Notes: generated by a model not told the origin, from the sequence alone. A DNA stretch of 64,000 bases from Bacillota bacterium (GCA_041844735.1 JBGZBP010000008.1:14133-78132); one strand, 5' to 3'. Counted from the stretch's first letter, positions 49,130-57,341 are shown. A program made the numbers and translations.

Positions 49130-49765
49130 ATGAATATAGATATATTGAGAAAGAATACTCCTAAAGACAATATGATTAATGAAATAATCGATATTGAGTG
49201 GGAAATGTTTCAACATGTATCCGGACTTACAGGAAGAGCGCCGTGCCAGGATGATATGAAAACGTTTTATATTATGAGATATTCACAGCATTCCGCATTT
49301 CAAGTTACAACACTTTTCAGCTATAAAAATGACCTTATGAATGCCAAGGAAAATTCGAGAAATCTCATTGCGGAAAAATATGCGTATATGATGGAATACA
49401 GTGATCCCGAGCTCTATAAAAAAGATATTGAAGATAAAGTACCGGAAATATCCGCAATAAAGATGGAACTTATTTATAAGATAATGTCAATGATGGATGC
49501 CGATAAAAAAATTGTTCAGGCAAGGTATCCTAATATAGACAAGTATTCACGACCTGAAACGGACGGAGAAGCGGGAACTTCAAGTAAAGCATACAATATA
49601 GGTGAGCTCAAAACATATTCGTTTAAAACGCTGAAAAAAATGGAAGAAGATATTCTGGAAGCACATTCAAGGGGAGAAAATATTGTTGAAACCATTTATA
49701 CCAACACTATGGAGTTTTACGGATTTGCAGATCTTGACAGGGCGGAGCAGGTTTACTCAAAATAA
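49130..49765 (+). CDS. DUF4125-like protein
   Basis: IEWEMFQHV...GRAPCQDD...TFYIMRYSQ motif, which I associate with DUF4125. It starts immediately after the preceding stop codon. Confidence 0.5.
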   Translation: MNIDILRKNTPKDNMINEIIDIEWEMFQHVSGLTGRAPCQDDMKTFYIMRYSQHSAFQVTTLFSYKNDLMNAKENSRNLIAEKYAYMMEYSDPELYKKDIEDKVPEISAIKMELIYKIMSMMDADKKIVQARYPNIDKYSRPETDGEAGTSSKAYNIGELKTYSFKTLKKMEEDILEAHSRGENIVETIYTNTMEFYGFADLDRAEQVYSK

Positions 49766-49778
49766 GGAGGGGTGAGTC

Positions 49779-50609
49779 ATGCGAGATAAGAAACATTATT
49801 CGATAGGTGAAGTGAGTGAAATATGCAATGTTACCAGAAAGGCATTGAGATTTTACGATAAAATCGGCATGATTGTGCCGGATGAGGTTGGAGAAAACAA
49901 CTACAGATATTATTCAAGACAAACCCTTTTGGAAGTTCCTATAATTAAATATTATAAACAAATGGGATTCAGGCTGGAAGAAATGAAAAAACTCATAAGC
50001 GGAAGTGATTATGAGGAATTGGAACGCAGCTTCAGAAGCAAAATGGATGAACTGAACGAGCTTGAAAAAGAAATATTGATACAAAAGACATCTGTTAGAG
50101 ACTGGTACAATCTAATCCTTGAGGCCGAGGGGGTAATAAAGCATAGGGTAACGGAGGTTTCAATAAAATACGTGGAACCTGTTAAGTGCTGTGCCATGGA
50201 TTATGATTTTAATTATTCTTATATGGAGGCGATTATCAATATAGATTTTACCAATTTTGTTGAAAAGATCAATAATGCTATAACAGGACCTGTAATGATG
50301 GTTTTTCCAAACCTGGCGGAGCATATGAACGGAAAAGCAAAGAAAGTAAAGGTTATACAAAAAACATTGGAGCCTGCGAGTGAAGATGTGACACATACTA
50401 TCGAGGGAGGTATGTATGCAAGTTGTTACCATATAGGGACGCATAAGAATATTAATGAAACATATGATAAAATTATTACATGGCTGTTGCAGAACAACTA
50501 CGAATATGAAAATTGCTCCATAGAGAGATATGTTACTGATTTTTGGAGCACGAGATTTGAGGAAAACTTCGTTACGGAGATTTTTCTCAAAGTATCAAGA
50601 AATAAATAA
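49779..50609 (+). CDS. MerR-family transcriptional regulator with C-terminal GyrI-like (BmrR/effector-binding) domain
   Basis: YSIGEVSEICNVTRKALRFYDKIG HTH, coiled-coil dimerisation helix, and a C-terminal domain of about 150 aa ending ..TEIFLKV. Confidence 0.85.
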   Translation: MRDKKHYSIGEVSEICNVTRKALRFYDKIGMIVPDEVGENNYRYYSRQTLLEVPIIKYYKQMGFRLEEMKKLISGSDYEELERSFRSKMDELNELEKEILIQKTSVRDWYNLILEAEGVIKHRVTEVSIKYVEPVKCCAMDYDFNYSYMEAIINIDFTNFVEKINNAITGPVMMVFPNLAEHMNGKAKKVKVIQKTLEPASEDVTHTIEGGMYASCYHIGTHKNINETYDKIITWLLQNNYEYENCSIERYVTDFWSTRFEENFVTEIFLKVSRNK

Positions 50610-50755
50610 GATTACCATAGAGGTAAAGTTTTCGCATACGGAAAAAAAGTTCGAGATAAACGGGTGCGATGTATACGAAATTGACCATAAATGTTGCAAA
50701 TAGTGGAGTTTGCAGAGAAAAAACAGATATAAAAACAATTTATATTTTGTGTATT

Positions 50756-50779
50756 GGGGCTGAAAAAGCCTCTTTTTTT
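50756..50779 (+). terminator. Rho-independent terminator after the MerR-family gene
   Basis: GGGGCT-GAAAA-AGCCTC is a 6-bp stem with one G-U, followed by a TTTTTTT run. Confidence 0.5.
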
Positions 50780-50816
50780 ATTGCGTTAACTTGAAAAATA
50801 GGGCGAAAAAAAGCTG

Positions 50817-50847
50817 TTGACATTGACCATAGCAGTAAATCTATAAT
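50817..50847 (+). promoter_or_regulatory. Promoter-like element P1: TTGACA, 19 nt, TATAAT
   Basis: Perfect -35 (50817-50822) and -10 (50842-50847) hexamers with an over-long 19-bp spacer. Confidence 0.4.
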
Positions 50848-51228
50848 GTAGATTAAGGAAGAGAATGACAGCAAAATATTTTTGTGCAATATTTTTTTGA
50901 TTTATTTCTAAATCCTTCATAAAAACTTTCTACATAAAAAGTAAAAGTAAAGTAGTTCAGGTTTAAATTATACAGACGCAAAAATAACGTTCCCCTAACG
51001 GCAATGTTGTTCAGACGAATTATAACTTTCAGTGTTAAAATTTCATGAATATCTTATGTTAAATTTGTGTGACAGCCATAAACGTTGAAAACACTGGAGA
51101 AATACGTTCTGAATTTTGCGTCAATTTAAACAAAATTGTGTGAAAAAAGCGTTTTTTGGAAAAAAATATCAACCTCAAAAAGACAAAAAAATTAGCTTGA
51201 ATAACAAAAAAGCACCTGAAATAAGATG

Positions 51229-51260
51229 TTGACATTACCCTCAAGGTTAATATGTATAAT
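51229..51260 (+). promoter_or_regulatory. Promoter-like element P2: TTGACA, 20 nt, TATAAT (TG dinucleotide directly abutting the -10 hexamer)
   Basis: Perfect -35 (51229-51234) and -10 (51255-51260) hexamers with a 20-bp spacer, about 45 nt upstream of the permease start codon. Confidence 0.35.
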
Positions 51261-51305
51261 ATATATGAACTATTTTATATTAATTTTATTATGGAGGGTT
51301 TAGAA

Positions 51306-52376
51306 ATGAATCAAGAAAAGACAGCTTTACAGGCTAAAGCGAAACTTCAGAGCAGTTTCTTGAAAAAGGGTGTAACAGTTGCAATCCTTTCAGGAATGTG
51401 TTACGGAATGTATTCGGCATTTCTATATGTCGGTACATCAAAAGGAATTTGGGCTGATTGGTATTCAGGAGCAATAGCTTTACCGGCAGCGGCAACAGTG
51501 TACTTATTGGGTTCAATGGGTAGTGCTATCAACGACACTGCATCAGGTATATGGTGTCTTATTATTGCAGCAATCAAAGGTAAATTGGGTGACTATTTCA
51601 GAACATTGAAGACAAAACCGGGTCACATTATGATTTTTGCCGCATTGGTTGGAGGTCCGGTAGCATCCACTGCATATGTAGTTGCATTCAAAATGGCAGG
51701 ATCCATCATTATTCCTATTACCGCTCTTTGTCCGGCTATAGGAGCTATACTTGGAAGAATATTGTATAAGCAGCGTTTGAATGTAAGAATGCTTATAGGT
51801 ATAGCTGTCTGCATAGGTTCAAGTATTCTTATCGGAAGCCAGAGTATAGGTGCGGATAACGGAGATGATATCATGCTTGGATGTCTTATCGCATTGATTG
51901 CAGCTTTCGGTTGGGGATTTGAAGGATGTGTAGCAGGTCACGGTACTATGCTTATTGATTATGAAATCGGTATTACAATCCGTCAGATTACATCCGGTCT
52001 TTCAAATTTAATTATTCTTGTTCCTATTTTCGGTATGCTTACAGGAGTGGGTGCAGGAGCAGCTTTCGGATTGGTAGGAGATGCTATCACTTCAAGTGCT
52101 ATTATTTATTTCATAATTTCAGGTTTCTTTGCAGTATATGCTTACAGTCTATGGTACAAAGGAAATTCAATGTGCGGAGCGGCATTGGGTATGGCTTGTA
52201 ACGGAATGTACTCTTTCTGGGGTCCGTTATTCACATGGATAGTTGGAGGTCTTGCATTCGGTATAGACGGATTGAACCTTGCAACAAGATCATGGGTAGG
52301 AGCTGTGACTATGGCTATCGGTATCTTTATTATCGCAGTTAATCCGGCAGAATTTTTCAAGAAAAAGGAGGCATAA
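51306..52376 (+). CDS. Polytopic (about 10 TM) permease with an internal two-fold repeat, DMT/EamA-like (tentative); candidate substrate importer for the cut microcompartment
   Basis: Start at the ATG 7 nt after GGAGGG. About 10 hydrophobic segments with similar halves. It is the first gene of the BMC locus. Confidence 0.65.
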   Translation: MNQEKTALQAKAKLQSSFLKKGVTVAILSGMCYGMYSAFLYVGTSKGIWADWYSGAIALPAAATVYLLGSMGSAINDTASGIWCLIIAAIKGKLGDYFRTLKTKPGHIMIFAALVGGPVASTAYVVAFKMAGSIIIPITALCPAIGAILGRILYKQRLNVRMLIGIAVCIGSSILIGSQSIGADNGDDIMLGCLIALIAAFGWGFEGCVAGHGTMLIDYEIGITIRQITSGLSNLIILVPIFGMLTGVGAGAAFGLVGDAITSSAIIYFIISGFFAVYAYSLWYKGNSMCGAALGMACNGMYSFWGPLFTWIVGGLAFGIDGLNLATRSWVGAVTMAIGIFIIAVNPAEFFKKKEA

Positions 52377-52379
52377 AAA

Positions 52380-52646
52380 ATGAAACAGCCATTAAATTAT
52401 GCAATTTTAAAATATTTTACTCAGGTTGAAGAGGCTTGTGCTGATGATGTTATTAATGCACTTAAAAATGATTATGGTCACTACAGACCGTTTAAAAAAG
52501 CGGCAGTTGTAGAAGCTCTTATGACAGCTGAAAGTAATGCTGTGCTTCATGAAACGAGATTTGACCTTGATGATAACGGTGACATTAGAGTTTATTATGG
52601 GGCGAGCGAAGAAGAGAGAGCAACAATAAATTATTATATCAAATAG
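52380..52646 (+). CDS. Hypothetical 88-aa soluble protein, coupled to the permease gene
   Basis: ATG lies 3 nt after the permease stop. Acidic and non-membrane. I recognise no family. Confidence 0.5.
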   Translation: MKQPLNYAILKYFTQVEEACADDVINALKNDYGHYRPFKKAAVVEALMTAESNAVLHETRFDLDDNGDIRVYYGASEEERATINYYIK

Positions 52647-52696
52647 ATTATTTTAAGTTATAGTTGAATTTTAAAGAAAGAAATGGAGGTCATGAG

Positions 52697-52993
52697 ATGA
52701 GGTATTATGGCGAAGAGGCTCTTGGGCTTGTTGAAACCATAGGTATGGTTCCGGCACTTGAGGCTTGTGACAAAATGCTTAAGGCCGCAGATGTGGAGTT
52801 GATTTCGTACGAGAATATCGGATCGACTTTGGTAACAATCATGGTCAAAGGTGATGTGGCAGCTGTAAAATCATCTGTGAAAGCAGGTGCTGAAGCAGCG
52901 GCAGCTATAGGTACTTTGACCGCATCAAATGTAATGCCACGTCCGATTGCCGGAGTAGGCGATATAGTATCGGTACATGATATTGATGCTTAA
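52697..52993 (+). CDS. BMC-H shell protein (PduA/EutM-like hexamer)
   Basis: EALGLVETIGMVPALEACDKMLKAADVEL...GDVAAVKSSVKAG is a canonical Pfam00936-type BMC domain. ATG follows GGAGG. Confidence 0.9.
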   Translation: MRYYGEEALGLVETIGMVPALEACDKMLKAADVELISYENIGSTLVTIMVKGDVAAVKSSVKAGAEAAAAIGTLTASNVMPRPIAGVGDIVSVHDIDA

Positions 52994-53017
52994 TTAATCA
53001 AAAGAGAGGAACAAACT

Positions 53018-53326
53018 ATGAGCAGAGTAAGTAGCGAAGCGCTTGGATTAATCGAAACCTTTGGTCTGGTATTTGTACTTGAAGCTTGCGATGCCATGTG
53101 CAAAGCAGCGGATGTTGAGTTGGTAGGCTATGAGAATGTTGCTTCAGGATACATTTCGGTACTGGTAAGAGGGGACGTAGGTGCATGTAAGACAGCAGTA
53201 AATGCAGGTGTAGCAGCAGTAGAGGCTATGGGCGCAACAGTGTACAGTCATGTAGTTATTGCAAGACCTCATGCTGATTTAGAAAAAATCACGGACAGAT
53301 ATACACTTGACAAGTTGCTGCCTTAA
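53018..53326 (+). CDS. BMC-H shell protein (second paralogue)
   Basis: EALGLIETFGLVFVLEACDAMCKAADVELVGYE...GDVGACKTAVNAG. Confidence 0.9.
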   Translation: MSRVSSEALGLIETFGLVFVLEACDAMCKAADVELVGYENVASGYISVLVRGDVGACKTAVNAGVAAVEAMGATVYSHVVIARPHADLEKITDRYTLDKLLP

Positions 53327-53354
53327 AGACTAAAGAAAGATGAGGAGATGCTAA

Positions 53355-54716
53355 ATGAATATTATTGATAATGATTTGCTCTCCGTACAGGAAGCCAGAA
53401 TACTGGCAGAAAACGCACGGGAGGCTCAGAAAATTTTGGCTGATTTTTCTCAAGCAAGACTTGATAAAATCGTTGATGCTGTCGCCGATGAGATGAGCAG
53501 TAAAGCCCGTGAGCTTGCAGTGATGTCCTTTGAAGAGACCGATTACGGCAGATGGGAAGACAAGTGCGTGAAGAACAAATTCGCCAGCGAGTTTTTAAAA
53601 AATAAGTTAAGGGGAATGAAGTGTGTCGGAATTATAAATGAAGACAGAGAAAACAGCACGTGGGATGTCGGGGTACCCAGGGGAATGATAGTTTCCGTGG
53701 TGCCGTCCACCAGCCCGGTTTCCACAACTATATACAACACATTGATCTCTATTAAGTCGGGTAATGCCATTGTTTTTTCACCCAATGTAAGGGCTGTGAA
53801 ATCAGTGGCATATGCCCTTGATTTAATGATAGAGGTAGGGGAAAGATTCGGGTTGCCGCAGGGAGCCATATCCTATTTAAAAACGGTAACGAAGGCCGGC
53901 ACGGTGGAACTGATGAACCACTCGGCTTGCGGTCTGATAATGATAACAGGTGTACCCGGAATACTGGAAGATGCATATAGGACACAAAAGCCTGTGATTT
54001 ATGGAGGAACGGGTAACGGACCTGCATTCATCGAAAGAACAGCAAATATACAGCAGGCAGTGAGGGATATTGTTGACAGCAAGAGCTTTGATTATGGCAT
54101 AGTGCCATCGGCCGAACATTCTATTGTGGTGGAAGGCTGTATATTGGAGCAAGTGAAAAAAGCTCTTATCGGTGAAGGATGTTACTTTATGACGTCCGAT
54201 GAGGCTCAGAGCTTAGGAAAACTTTTCTACAATCCGGATAATACTCCGAACATTGAAATGATAGGAAAGTCACCACAAGTATTAGCAAGAAGGGCAGGGT
54301 TTACGGTTGGAGATAATATAAGACTTCTTATTGCGGAAGAAAAATATGTTTCCATATATAACCCATATTCTAAAGAAAAATTGGGTCCGGTATTGTCTTT
54401 ATATATTGAAGACGACTGGCAACATGCTTGTGAAAAGTGCATAGAATTATTGGTAACAGAGAAGAATGGGCATACTATGACTGTTCATTCAAATGATAAG
54501 GAAGTCATAAGACAGTTTGCATTGAAAAAACCGGTGGGAAGGGTTTTGGTAAATACACCGGCTGCATTCGGCAGTGTCGGTTGGACTACGAATCTGTTCC
54601 CGGCTCTGACATTGGGTAGCGGTTCTTCCGGGAGAGGAATGACTTCCGATAATGTATCACCGGAAAATCTGATTTATATAAGAAAAGTAGGCTTCGGTGT
54701 GAGAGACCTTATTTAA
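53355..54716 (+). CDS. cutB: AdhE-N/EutE-type aldehyde dehydrogenase paralogue lacking the catalytic cysteine (CutB-like position upstream of cutC)
   Basis: Colinear with the AdhE N-terminal ALDH domain (DKCVKNKFASEF, VPSTSPVST, FSPNVRAV, GTGNGPAFIERTAN, TLGSGSSG). The nucleophile motif FDNGxxCASEQS reads FDYGIVPSAEHS. Confidence 0.8.
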   Translation: MNIIDNDLLSVQEARILAENAREAQKILADFSQARLDKIVDAVADEMSSKARELAVMSFEETDYGRWEDKCVKNKFASEFLKNKLRGMKCVGIINEDRENSTWDVGVPRGMIVSVVPSTSPVSTTIYNTLISIKSGNAIVFSPNVRAVKSVAYALDLMIEVGERFGLPQGAISYLKTVTKAGTVELMNHSACGLIMITGVPGILEDAYRTQKPVIYGGTGNGPAFIERTANIQQAVRDIVDSKSFDYGIVPSAEHSIVVEGCILEQVKKALIGEGCYFMTSDEAQSLGKLFYNPDNTPNIEMIGKSPQVLARRAGFTVGDNIRLLIAEEKYVSIYNPYSKEKLGPVLSLYIEDDWQHACEKCIELLVTEKNGHTMTVHSNDKEVIRQFALKKPVGRVLVNTPAAFGSVGWTTNLFPALTLGSGSSGRGMTSDNVSPENLIYIRKVGFGVRDLI

Positions 54717-54782
54717 AGCACTAAGGAACAAACAAATAATTCGTTATCGCTAATGTTATTTCATGATTGAGAGGTAAGTATT

Positions 54783-57341
54783 TTGGATATTCGTGAATTT
54801 TCAAACAAACTTGCAGAGGCATCTAAGAACATGTCTGAAGAGGAACGTCAGGCACTGGGAAAGATGTTTGAAACTGTAACAAAGGGAATGTCAAACGACG
54901 GACAGACATTTAACACTCCTGTGGCACCGGCTGACAATGTTGCTGCCGAAGGCACAGATATTCCTGAGGGAATAACACAGAGATTATATAATCTGAAACA
55001 GAACTTCTTAAAACAGGTTCCAACTATTACAACACACCGTGCAAGAGCAATTACTAAAATCGCTCAGGAAAATCCGGGAATGCCGAAGATTATTTTGAGA
55101 GCTAAGTGCTTTAAGTATTGCTGTGAAACTGCACCGCTTGTAATTCAGGATGATGAGCTTATTGTAGGAGCACCTTGCGGAGCACCTAGAGCAGGAGCTT
55201 TTTCACCGGATATTGCTTGGAAATGGATGGTGGACGAGCTTGATACTATAGGTACAAGACCGCAGGATCCGTTCTTTATCTCGGACGAAGATAAAAGAAT
55301 AATGAGAGAGGAATTATTTCCATACTGGGCAGGTAAGTCGGTAGACGAATATTGTGAAGACCAGTATAAAGAAGCCGGAGTTTGGGAACTTTCAGGAGAA
55401 TCATTCGTTTCCGATTGTTCGTACCACGCACAAAACGGTGGTGGTGACTCAAATCCGGGATATGGCGTGATTTTGATGGAAAAGGGTATGTTGGATATCC
55501 AGAATGAAGCTAAGGAGCATTTGGCTCAGTTGGATTATGAAAACCCTGAAGATATAGATAAGATTTATTTTTACAAAGCAGTAATTGATACTACAGAGGG
55601 TGTAATGATTTACTCTCAGAGAATGGCAAACTATGCTTTAGAGTTGGCTGCAAAGGAAATGAATCCTAAGAGAAAAGCTGAACTACAGCAGATTGCTGAA
55701 AACTGTGCATGGGCACCGGCTCATAAACCGAGAACATTCTGGGAAGCAGTGCAGGCGGTATTTACAATAGAGTCTTTGCTTGTAGTTGAGGAAAATCAGA
55801 CAGGAATGTCAATAGGAAGAGTGGACCAGTATATGTACCCGTTCTTCAAGGCTGATTTGGAGTCGGGCAGAATGAACAACTTCCAGGCTTTTGAAATCGC
55901 AGGATGTATGTTGATTAAGATGTCTGAAATGATGTGGGTAACAAGTGAGGGAGCATCAAAGTTCTTCGCAGGTTACCAGCCGTTTGTAAACATGTGTATA
56001 GGTGGTGTTACAAGAGAGGGTAGAGATGCTACAAATGATTTGACGTATCTGTTAATGGATGCTGTTAGACATGTCAGAATCTATCAGCCTTCACTTGCTT
56101 GTAGAATACACAATAAATCACCACAGAAATATATGAAGAAAATCGTTGATGTTGTACGTTCAGGTATGGGATTCCCTGCTTGTCACTTTGATGATACACA
56201 CATAAAAATGATGTTGGCTAAGGGTGTATCTGTTGAAGATGCAAGAGACTATTGTTTGATGGGTTGCGTAGAGCCTCAGGTAGCCGGAAAAATGTATCAG
56301 TGGACGTCAACTGCATATACACAGTGGCCGATTGCCATTGAATTGACACTTAACCGCGGAGTGCCTCTATGGTATGGTAAGCAGGTAACACCTGATATGG
56401 GAGATCTTTCAAGCTTCAAGACATTTGAGCAGTTTGAAAAGGCGGTAAAAGATCAGATTTACTACATAACAAAGTGGACATCGGTTGCAACAGTAATATC
56501 TCAGAGAGTACACAGAGAATTGGCACCTAAGCCTTTGATGTCAATCATGTATAAGGGATGTATGGAAAACGGTAGAGGTGTTGAGTCCGGCGGAGCTATG
56601 TATAACTATGGACCGGGTGTTGTTTGGTCAGGTCTTGCTACATATGCCGATTCTATGGCGGCAATTAAAAAGTTGGTATTCGATGATAAGAAATATACTT
56701 TAGAACAGCTGAACGAGGGTCTTAAAGCGGATTTCGTGGGATATGAACAGATGAAAGCAGACTGCTTGAATGCTCCTAAGTTCGGTAATGATGATGACTA
56801 TGCGGATGATATCGCAGCGGATATTATCCAGTACACAGAGCATATTCATAGAGAATTTAAGACATTATATTCAAGATTGTGCCACGGTACACTTTCAATC
56901 TCAAACAATACACCGTTCGGTCAGCTGACAGGAGCAAGTGCCAACGGAAGAGCTGCATGGTCTCCATTATCAGACGGTATCAGTCCTACTCAGGGTGCGG
57001 ATTTCAAGGGTCCTACAGCTATCATCAAGTCGATATCGAAACTTTCAAATGATAACATGAACTTGGGTATGGTACATAACTTTAAGCTTATGAGCGGACT
57101 TCTTGATACGCCTGAAGGAGAGAACGGTCTTATCACTCTTCTAAGAACAGCTTGTCTGTACGGAAACGGTGAGATGCAGTTTAACTACCTTGATAACAAC
57201 ACTCTTCTTGAAGCTCAGAAGCATCCTGAACAGTATAAGGATCTGGTAGTTCGTGTAGCGGGATACAGTGCATTCTTCGTAGAACTTTGTGAAGATGTAC
57301 AGAACGAAATAATCAGTAGAACGATGTTAACCAAATTCTAA
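54783..57341 (+). CDS. cutC: Choline trimethylamine-lyase (glycyl radical enzyme) with N-terminal BMC-targeting extension
   Basis: Glycyl radical motif [10 protein letters not shown] (G827), thiyl loop MGCVEPQ (C495/E497), FAGYQPF, and the D222/Y214/F401/T508/Y512 set matching CutC choline-site residues. TTG start lies 8 nt after GAGAGG. Confidence 0.88.
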   Translation: MDIREFSNKLAEASKNMSEEERQALGKMFETVTKGMSNDGQTFNTPVAPADNVAAEGTDIPEGITQRLYNLKQNFLKQVPTITTHRARAITKIAQENPGMPKIILRAKCFKYCCETAPLVIQDDELIVGAPCGAPRAGAFSPDIAWKWMVDELDTIGTRPQDPFFISDEDKRIMREELFPYWAGKSVDEYCEDQYKEAGVWELSGESFVSDCSYHAQNGGGDSNPGYGVILMEKGMLDIQNEAKEHLAQLDYENPEDIDKIYFYKAVIDTTEGVMIYSQRMANYALELAAKEMNPKRKAELQQIAENCAWAPAHKPRTFWEAVQAVFTIESLLVVEENQTGMSIGRVDQYMYPFFKADLESGRMNNFQAFEIAGCMLIKMSEMMWVTSEGASKFFAGYQPFVNMCIGGVTREGRDATNDLTYLLMDAVRHVRIYQPSLACRIHNKSPQKYMKKIVDVVRSGMGFPACHFDDTHIKMMLAKGVSVEDARDYCLMGCVEPQVAGKMYQWTSTAYTQWPIAIELTLNRGVPLWYGKQVTPDMGDLSSFKTFEQFEKAVKDQIYYITKWTSVATVISQRVHRELAPKPLMSIMYKGCMENGRGVESGGAMYNYGPGVVWSGLATYADSMAAIKKLVFDDKKYTLEQLNEGLKADFVGYEQMKADCLNAPKFGNDDDYADDIAADIIQYTEHIHREFKTLYSRLCHGTLSISNNTPFGQLTGASANGRAAWSPLSDGISPTQGADFKGPTAIIKSISKLSNDNMNLGMVHNFKLMSGLLDTPEGENGLITLLRTACLYGNGEMQFNYLDNNTLLEAQKHPEQYKDLVVRVAGYSAFFVELCEDVQNEIISRTMLTKF

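Noticed and set aside
51140-51165. AAAAAAGCGTTTTTTGG as a possible intrinsic terminator in the leader
   Set aside because: The stem would consist almost entirely of A-U pairs around a 3-nt loop, so it is not credible as a terminator.
51059-51244. 61-aa minus-strand ORF in the cut leader
   Set aside because: Its Phe/Leu-rich translation comes from A/T-rich DNA. It has no SD and overlaps promoter-like element P2. I treat the region as non-coding.
51235-51254. SoxR-box-like half-site CCTCAAG within the P2 spacer
   Set aside because: Only one half-site is present and the inverted partner CTTGAGG is absent. I kept it only as a weak dyad note under the MerR-promoter finding.
54783-57341. GRE as pyruvate formate-lyase, or as a glycerol or 1,2-propanediol dehydratase
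   Set aside because: The choline-pocket residues (Asp222, Phe401, Thr508, Tyr512 equivalents), the FAGYQPF and MGCVEPQ motifs, and the BMC context fit CutC. PFL lacks the BMC context and has a CC thiyl pair.
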